Positions 9,401-15,031 of a DNA stretch of 55,271 nt are shown here, piece by piece. The DNA is from Thermoanaerobaculales bacterium (GTDB lineage: Bacteria > Acidobacteriota > Thermoanaerobaculia > Thermoanaerobaculales > Sulfomarinibacteraceae): contig JANTFG010000001.1 of assembly GCA_024763555.1 (NCBI GenBank), forward strand, positions 1 through 55,271, given 5' to 3'. Position numbers and translations under genes: made by a program. Numbering within the stretch: position 1 is the stretch's first letter; every line of letters starts with the position of its first letter. The notes under the pieces were generated by a model, which saw nothing but the letters and a program-made list of their open reading frames with translations, made no database searches and was not told the DNA's origin.

Positions 9401-9736
9401 ATGAAAACAAAGATCACTCTCGTCATCGTCTTCAGCATCTTCCTTCTCGCCGGCTTTGCCGCCGCAGAGAACAGCCAGGGGGTCATCAATGTCAACAAGG
9501 CCTCCGCCGAACAGCTCCAGCTCCTGCCCAGGGTGGGTCCTTCACTCGCCGGCCGCATCCTCGAGTTCCGTCAGAAGAACGGCGACTTCCACTCCGTCGA
9601 CGAACTCCAGGCCGTTCGCGGAATTGGGGAGAAGTCCCTTGAGACCCTTCGCCCCTACCTGAGCGTCAAAGGCGAAACCACCCTGACGGAGAAGGTCAAA
9701 CTTCCGCGGAAGGCGAGCCACCAGCCGAAGAAGTAG
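9401..9736 (+). CDS. comEA: ComEA-family helix-hairpin-helix DNA-binding protein (secreted or membrane-anchored)
   Basis: AGGAG lies 6 nt upstream, and the signal/anchor is MKTKITLVIVFSIFLLAGFAAA. INVNKASAEQLQLLPRVGPSLAGRILEFRQKNGDFHSVDELQAVRGIGEKSLETLRPYL is the canonical ComEA HhH pattern. Confidence 0.85.
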   Translation: MKTKITLVIVFSIFLLAGFAAAENSQGVINVNKASAEQLQLLPRVGPSLAGRILEFRQKNGDFHSVDELQAVRGIGEKSLETLRPYLSVKGETTLTEKVKLPRKASHQPKK

Positions 9737-9872
9737 AACGCTATTCACCCGGGAGTGCCGGGGTGGAACTGAGAATTCGAGATTACTCCTCCCCGGGCTC
9801 CTCAGAATTAACTACAGCGATTTGGAGAATCAAAGAGTAGAGAACAACACACAACGCAGCGTGGATGGGATG

Positions 9873-9904
9873 GGGGGCTGCCGCGTGGCGGCCCCCTTCT
9901 CTTC
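9873..9904 (+). terminator. Candidate intrinsic terminator or attenuator between comEA and the pseudopilin gene
   Basis: GGGGGCUGCC (9873-9882) pairs with GGCGGCCCCC (9887-9896). This gives a 10-bp stem with one G.U pair and loop GCGU, followed by UUCUCUUC. Confidence 0.45.
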
Positions 9905-9925
9905 GCTGCAGAACACCGGAGATGA

Positions 9926-10516
9926 ATGATGAATCAGAAGGGACTGAGTTTTGTGGAAATCGTCGTCGCCCTCGTCCTGACCGGAATCGGAACGGCATTT
10001 GCTCTTCCCCGACTGGAGCAGGCCCATCGAAACGCAGCCTTGAACGCAGCGACCCGAATCATCCAGATGAATCTGCTCAGAGCCCGCTCCGAAGCGATGC
10101 TGACAGGTTATGCCTGCGGTCTGGTTTTCGAAAAAAAAGGCGGCCGCTGGCATTGCACCCTCGTCCGGGACGGGGATGACGACGGCATTCGGAGGGAGGA
10201 CATCGCCCGCGGCATCGACTGCCCGATTTCAAAAATCTTTGAGATCGACAGCGGAGGCGTCTCGCTGGGATTCCTGCGGGGTTGTCGAATTCCTGATCCA
10301 TCCGGGCCTGGCGCCCTCAGCGGGAACTTCGAGGACCCCGTTCGGGCGGGAGGCGCCGACATCTTGACCTATCGCCCTGAGGGAACAGCCACACCGGCCA
10401 CCCTTTACCTCTGCGATCACCAGGAAAGCATGAAAGCCATCCGCATCTTCGGCCTGACGGGACGAATCCGAGTCCTGAAATGGAGGGTGGGCACAGCCCG
10501 CTGGGAACTCGACTGA
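9926..10516 (+). CDS. GspH/FimT-like minor (pseudo)pilin with a prepilin-type N-terminal cleavage/methylation motif
   Basis: MMNQKG|LSFVEIVVALVLTGIG has Gly at -1, Glu at +5 and a hydrophobic helix. It is followed by AHRNAALNAATRIIQMNLLRARSEAM, typical of GspH/FimT family proteins. Confidence 0.7.
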   Translation: MMNQKGLSFVEIVVALVLTGIGTAFALPRLEQAHRNAALNAATRIIQMNLLRARSEAMLTGYACGLVFEKKGGRWHCTLVRDGDDDGIRREDIARGIDCPISKIFEIDSGGVSLGFLRGCRIPDPSGPGALSGNFEDPVRAGGADILTYRPEGTATPATLYLCDHQESMKAIRIFGLTGRIRVLKWRVGTARWELD

Positions 10517-10569
10517 TGAGAGGGAAACTTCCCGACCAGACTTCGAAAATTGTTCTGGATGAGCAGACC

Positions 10570-11151
10570 CTACTTCTTCTTGATCTTCTCCTGCCTGATT
10601 CTGATGAGCTTGTAGGCCAGGACCTGAAAATTCTCGACCTCGAAATTACCATCCTTGAAGCGGATTCTGGCAGCGGGGATCAGTGATCCACCGCCCCTGC
10701 CATCTTCATCCAGGTGAAGCTCGACCACACCGAAGGCATAGTCCTTTGATCGTGAGCCCCGGGCGATTTCCCCAAACTGAATCGGACGGTCGGTCAGAGC
10801 CCGGATGAGAGTGGATCCGTCTTCCGTTCTTGAAATCGTGATTACCCGGAGATAGTACCTCAAGCCGTTGGCAAAGCTCATCCAGCCGGCTGGGTCGGTT
10901 TCGGCCACCGCAGCTAAGAGGGCCTCTTCGCCGTCATGGGCGAAGATTGAATCCAGGCGACGCAGTTCATCACGGGTCGCCCAGCGGTCCACCTGGAACT
11001 TGAAGTATGCGGACTGCCCCGCCGCCGGTCCGCCGATCGCTGCGACCCGACCGCTGAAACGCTGCGGGAGATCAGCAGATCTCGTCCCGCCGGAGAGCAA
11101 AAGGGCGGGCATGATGAGGGCGATCAGAATCCACGAAAGCCGAGATTTCAT
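10570..11151 (-). CDS. Secreted hypothetical protein
   Basis: The signal peptide is MKSRLSWILIALIMPALLLSGG. The ORF is 193 aa and convergent with the pseudopilin gene. No family is recognised. Confidence 0.6.
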   Translation of the reverse strand: MKSRLSWILIALIMPALLLSGGTRSADLPQRFSGRVAAIGGPAAGQSAYFKFQVDRWATRDELRRLDSIFAHDGEEALLAAVAETDPAGWMSFANGLRYYLRVITISRTEDGSTLIRALTDRPIQFGEIARGSRSKDYAFGVVELHLDEDGRGGGSLIPAARIRFKDGNFEVENFQVLAYKLIRIRQEKIKKK

Positions 11152-11168
11152 TGAGACCTCCTTCTCGA

Positions 11169-12509
11169 TCAGGGAGAGCTTTCCTTCTGCTTCAACAATG
11201 AACCCGCGCCGGCTATTTCCTTCACCGGCACGGCCGCTGCTTCTCCCGAAGTGACTAAGGCCCGTGCCCAGAGCACCGGGCCGAGAAGCTGGTTGATAAC
11301 GACCCCGGCAACGATCAGCAGCGCGATCTTCTCACCGAATCCCGGCATCTCCCGGCCGATCCGGGCTGCAAGTCCGAGAGAAAGCCCCGCCTGGGCGACA
11401 AAACCCATCCAGGCTCTTTTCCGGACTGCCGGCTCCGCTCGGTTCAAAGCCGCCGGAACCGTCGTCAGGGTCCAGGTCAGGCCCAGGCGAAGCAGAACGA
11501 AGAAAAGGGCCGGCAGCCACATCAGGCGGAGGACAGCGAGGTTGAGATCCCCGCCGACCAGGGCGAAGAAGATGACGTAGATTGGGGGAGAGGACAGTTC
11601 CAGGGCCTCAATGAATTCCCCCGCCTCCTTCGGAAAGAGATTTCGGACGACGAATCCGGCCGCCATACAGATCAGCAGATGTTCCAGGTGCAGACCGGCG
11701 GCCATTTCCTCCGACACCAGCGCGATCGCGAGAACGACCAGCGGCAGATAGAGGCCGACCCGCCGCATGTAGATCCCGAGAAGGAGGCCCAGCAGCACCC
11801 CCATTCCAAGGGACAGGACGATCTCCATACCGACCTCTGCAAGAAGGTGAAGATTAACCGCAATCGAGTCCACCCATGCATGCGCCATGACATTGACCAG
11901 GGTAAAGAGCAGGAGAATGACCATGTCCTTGAGAATTGTCACTCCGAGCACTGTTTCAGTCAGAGGACCCTTCGCCTTCAGTTCCGTGATCACCGCAATG
12001 GTCGTCGAGGGCGACTTCGCCACTGCAATCGTCCCCAGCAGGGCCGCAGCTGCCAGCAGCTCCTGAGGCCTCAAGGGACCGAGTACCGGAAAAGTCCTGA
12101 AGAAAAGCCAGAGAGCAAGACCGGCGAGCGGCAGAATCAAGATATGGGCGCCGGTGATCCCGAAAATCAAAGCCAGGCGCTTTTTCAGGCTCGAAAGTTC
12201 CGACTCCGCCCCGGCCGTCAGGGCGATCAATCCCAGGGCAAGTTCGCCGAAGAGATGAAGAAAGGCCGCGTCGCTGAGGGTTTCAAGGCCCACCGCATAG
12301 GGACCCGCCACCAGTCCCAGCAGCAGATAACCCGTCACCCGCGGCAAGCGGAAACGCGATACGAGGTCTCCTGCAAGCATGCCGCCGAGAATGAGGCAAC
12401 CCAGGGCAAGAAGGGCTGAAGCCGCCGGGTCGCTGACGACACCTTCTCCGAGAATCCGGATCGCCCAACTCGCCCCTCCCAGGACAAGGAAGAAAAACCA
12501 CTTCATCAC
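11169..12509 (-). CDS. Cation:proton antiporter (CPA / Na+/H+-exchanger family) polytopic membrane protein
   Basis: The protein is hydrophobic throughout. LPRVTGYLLLGLVAGPYAVGL near the N-terminus is typical of the Na_H_Exchanger family. Its start overlaps the stop of the upstream paralogue (ATGA at 12506-12509). Confidence 0.75.
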   Translation of the reverse strand: MMKWFFFLVLGGASWAIRILGEGVVSDPAASALLALGCLILGGMLAGDLVSRFRLPRVTGYLLLGLVAGPYAVGLETLSDAAFLHLFGELALGLIALTAGAESELSSLKKRLALIFGITGAHILILPLAGLALWLFFRTFPVLGPLRPQELLAAAALLGTIAVAKSPSTTIAVITELKAKGPLTETVLGVTILKDMVILLLFTLVNVMAHAWVDSIAVNLHLLAEVGMEIVLSLGMGVLLGLLLGIYMRRVGLYLPLVVLAIALVSEEMAAGLHLEHLLICMAAGFVVRNLFPKEAGEFIEALELSSPPIYVIFFALVGGDLNLAVLRLMWLPALFFVLLRLGLTWTLTTVPAALNRAEPAVRKRAWMGFVAQAGLSLGLAARIGREMPGFGEKIALLIVAGVVINQLLGPVLWARALVTSGEAAAVPVKEIAGAGSLLKQKESSP

Positions 12510-13699
12510 TTCGCCTCTGTCCGTGGGAAGAGAAATTGTCGCAGCCAGATCTCACCCAGAAGCTGGTTGACAACGATGGCTGCGGCCGCCGCCTCCAGAA
12601 AGCCCCGGATGGGGTCGATGAGGCTCATCAGCGCAATGATCAGAGCGATGGAGAGGGCGCCCTGGGGGAGAAGACCGAAACCCAGCCCTTTTGTCCCCGG
12701 CGAGAGCCCCCGCCGGGCCATCAGGCGCCCAAGGAGCCAGGCCTGAGCAACAAGCGCGGCCGGCCGCAGAAATGCGAGCACAAGGAAAACCCACCACGAA
12801 AAGGCGAGACCCTTCAGCGCGGCGCCGACCAGGACCATCAATGCGATCAAGAGCGGTCGCTCAAAGAGGTGTACAGCCCTGAGAATCCGATGAGGAAAAA
12901 TACAGCGATTGATGACGATGGCGCCGGTCAGTGCGGCCGCGGGCAGAGGGCTGATTCCGATCGTCGACGTTGCCCCGGCGACCAGGGCCGCAACTCCGAT
13001 CAGAATGGTCATGATCGAAATGTGGTCGGACACTCCCCGGACCATCACCAGGATGGCATATCCCGCAACAAGCCCGATGCCGGCGACTTCGAGCAGCAGG
13101 CTGGTCCATAAAAGATCTCCCCCGACCACGGTCGAAAGGGGGGAAAACAGGACCGAGGCCACACCAAAACTCAGCACGGCGGGAATTCCGGAAAAGGCTG
13201 TCAGAAGGCGGAGAAATCGGATGGCTGCTCTGCTTGCGGGTTTTCGGGCCCGTGATAGGGCCTCCAGACTCTCCGGCGCGGAAAGCATCGCCACCGCGCC
13301 GAGACCGAAGGCCGGCAACATCTTCGAGCTGATCTTCAGGCAGACGAGGGCCACCAGCAGGCCCGTCAGCAGGGGAAAGCTTAATCCCAGCCTGCGGTGC
13401 CATGGCTCCAGGCGGCGAAGCACCCGAAACTCAACCTGCATTCCGAAGGCCAGTCCCACCCAGGCCAGGGCCAGAAGAACGACCGGGTGCAATTTCGCAA
13501 GGATGTCGGATGGCAGGAGTCCGAGCCCACGAGACCCCAGCGAAAAGCCCATGAGGATCCAGAAGACGCCTTCGACGGCAGGCAATCGAATTCCCCGAAC
13601 CTGCAGACGCCGCTGAACTTCGGTGCCCAGGAGGGAGAAACCGACAACCAGAACCAGGGCCAGAGGAGCACGCAGCATCTGAAGAGTATATCCGGGCAA
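12506..13699 (-). CDS. Second, divergent CPA-like polytopic membrane protein
   Basis: The 397-aa protein contains about 11-12 hydrophobic helices. IRLPAVEGVFWILMGFSLGSRGLGLL resembles the CPA N-terminal motif. It is translationally coupled to 11169..12509. Confidence 0.65.
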   Translation of the reverse strand: MPGYTLQMLRAPLALVLVVGFSLLGTEVQRRLQVRGIRLPAVEGVFWILMGFSLGSRGLGLLPSDILAKLHPVVLLALAWVGLAFGMQVEFRVLRRLEPWHRRLGLSFPLLTGLLVALVCLKISSKMLPAFGLGAVAMLSAPESLEALSRARKPASRAAIRFLRLLTAFSGIPAVLSFGVASVLFSPLSTVVGGDLLWTSLLLEVAGIGLVAGYAILVMVRGVSDHISIMTILIGVAALVAGATSTIGISPLPAAALTGAIVINRCIFPHRILRAVHLFERPLLIALMVLVGAALKGLAFSWWVFLVLAFLRPAALVAQAWLLGRLMARRGLSPGTKGLGFGLLPQGALSIALIIALMSLIDPIRGFLEAAAAAIVVNQLLGEIWLRQFLFPRTEAK

Positions 13700-13795
13700 A
13701 GCGGGAAGCTGCTGAGGATTTCCAGGATCAGGGAAAGGGTAGGAAAAATTCGCACTTCAACTGAAATTGAAGGAAGATGTTAAACTGGACGAGAG

Positions 13796-14041
13796 ATGTT
13801 ATTTGAATACCTGAACGCCGCGATGACCAAAGCTCACTATGAGCTGATCGAGGATGAGAAGCCCTACTTTGGCGAAATCCCTGGCCTTGACGGAGTGTGG
13901 GCCAGTGCCTCGACCCTGGAGGACTGTCGACAAGAGCTTGTATCCGCCCTTGAAGACTGGCTGCTGTTTTCCATTGCACAGCACTTGGAGATTCCCGAAA
14001 TGGACGGTAAGAGAATCACCTTGCCGGAACGAGTTGCATGA
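13796..14041 (+). CDS. hicB: HicB-family antitoxin (short form, RNase-H-like fold only)
   Basis: KAHYELIEDEKPYFGEIPGLDGVWASASTLEDCRQELVSALEDWLL follows the HicB/UPF0150 pattern. No RHH or HTH tail is visible. Its stop overlaps the hicA start (ATGA at 14038-14041). Confidence 0.75.
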   Translation: MLFEYLNAAMTKAHYELIEDEKPYFGEIPGLDGVWASASTLEDCRQELVSALEDWLLFSIAQHLEIPEMDGKRITLPERVA

Positions 14042-14256
14042 CTCGTTTGGCGCCGGTTTCAAGACCTGAGTTAATCCGGCGACTTCGGATGCTTGGTTTC
14101 GATGGTCCCTTTACGGGGGGTCGACATCAATTCATGGTACGGGAAAAACGCCGTTTGATTCTCCCTAACCCACATCGCGGCGATCTCAGCGTCAGCCTCC
14201 TTCGGAGGATACTGCGCCACGCCGGAATCGATCTCCAGGAGTGGAGCAGGCTCTGA
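14038..14256 (+). CDS. hicA: HicA-family mRNA-interferase toxin
   Basis: SRPELIRRLRMLGFDGPFTGGRHQFMVRE..LILPNPHRGDLSVSLLRRILRHAGI follows the HicA/YcfA pattern, including the conserved His in G-x-H. Confidence 0.75.
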   Translation: MTRLAPVSRPELIRRLRMLGFDGPFTGGRHQFMVREKRRLILPNPHRGDLSVSLLRRILRHAGIDLQEWSRL

Positions 14257-14304
14257 CCTTCGGAAAACGCAGGCGAAAAACCTGAGATCAGTGCTTCTGC
14301 CGGA

Positions 14305-14361
14305 CCTGTCTGCGTGCGAACACCTGCCTGCATCCCGCGGACAGGCAGGCGCACAGGCGGG
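14305..14361. repeat. 57-nt palindromic insert, copy 1, splitting the left and right arms of the repeat unit
   Basis: The sequence is CCTGTCTGCGTGCGAACACCTGCCTGCATCCCGCGGACAGGCAGGCGCACAGGCGGG. The hairpin is GTGCG(AACA)CCTGCCTG - loop - CAGGCAGGCGCAC (14314-14354). The insert is absent from the otherwise identical junction CCGGA|TGAGATG at 14440/14441 and 14841/14842. Confidence 0.85.
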
Positions 14362-14636
14362 TGAGATGTGCCAAGATCTTGATGCTGTGGTGCTTCCGAA
14401 AAACGCAGGCGAAAAACCTGAGATCGGCGCTTCTGCCGGATGAGATGTGCCGCTATTCCGAGGCTCTGAGACTCGAAAGTAAATTTCAATTGGGCCACGA
14501 GCTTCGTTTCAGAATCAGGTGGATAAACCAACACCCTCAGTCGGTGGTCACTGTGGATGAGCCGGGCCGGAGTTTCGAGGCTCCAGTGCTCGAAAAAAAC
14601 GCAGGCGAAAAACCTGAGATCGGCGCTTCTGCCGGA

Positions 14637-14693
14637 CCTGTCTGCGTGCGAACAACTGCCTGCATCCCGCGGACAGGCAGGCGCACAGGCAGG
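14637..14693. repeat. 57-nt palindromic insert, copy 2 (55/57 identical to copy 1)
   Basis: It sits at the same position relative to the arms (after ..CTGCCGGA, before TGAGATGTGCC). It differs from copy 1 at two positions (C/A and G/A). Confidence 0.85.
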
Positions 14694-14814
14694 TGAGATG
14701 TGCCGCTATTCCGGGCTCTGAGACTTCAAAAAAACGCAGGCGTAGTGGTGCTACGTCAAGGCGTTTCAGTAACATCAAGAAAAATGTTCTGAGGCCTCCA
14801 TTCATTCTCTTCTC

Positions 14815-14979
14815 AAACCTGGGATCGGCGGTTCTGCCGGATGAGATGTGCCGCTATTCCGAGGCTCCGAGACCCGAAAAAAACGTAGGCGTAGTGGTGC
14901 TACGTCGAGGCTTTTTAAGGGTTCTCAGAGCCCGGAAGAGTGGTGCAGATCGCCGGCGAGAGCCGCCGATCCCAGGTTT
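14815..14979. repeat. 165-bp MITE-like element bounded by a perfect 17-bp terminal inverted repeat
   Basis: AAACCTGGGATCGGCGG (14815-14831) is the exact reverse complement of CCGCCGATCCCAGGTTT (14963-14979). The interior contains one right-arm unit and one GTAGTGGTGCTAC unit. No target-site duplication is evident. Confidence 0.55.
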
Positions 14980-14981
14980 CC

Positions 14982-15009
14982 AAAAAAAAGAGGGCGCCGA
15001 AGCGCCCTC
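14982..15009 (-). terminator. Rho-independent terminator of the Oar-like receptor gene
   Basis: On the minus strand GAGGGCGC-UUCG-GCGCCCUC (15009-14990) is followed by U8 (14989-14982). It lies 23 nt downstream of the TAA at 15032-15034. Confidence 0.85.
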
Positions 15010-15031
15010 TGAAAATTCCGTAAAACGGAAC

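Larger units (their letters stand above)
14261..14917. repeat. Mosaic cluster of REP/BIME-like intergenic repeat units
   Basis: The left arm CG(A/G)AAAA..CGCAGGCGAAAAACCTGAGATC.G.GCTTCTGCCGGA occurs at 14261-14304, 14397-14440 and 14591-14636. The right arm TGAGATGTGCCGCTATTCCG.GGCTC.GAGAC occurs at 14441-14472, 14694-14725 and 14842-14873, and is truncated at 14362-14372. The unit AAAAAACG(C/T)AGGCGTAGTGGTGCTACGTC occurs at about 14729-14757 and 14876-14906. Confidence 0.85.

Noticed and set aside
14261-14917. Possible CRISPR array
   Set aside because: The repeat units are 30-57 nt modules in variable combinations with irregular spacing (24 to about 120 nt). They are not a regular repeat-spacer lattice, and no cas genes are present.
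14261-14917. Possible integron cassette array (attC-like imperfect palindromes)
   Set aside because: There is no intI gene, no cassette-sized ORFs between the palindromes and no recognisable GTTRRRY core sites.
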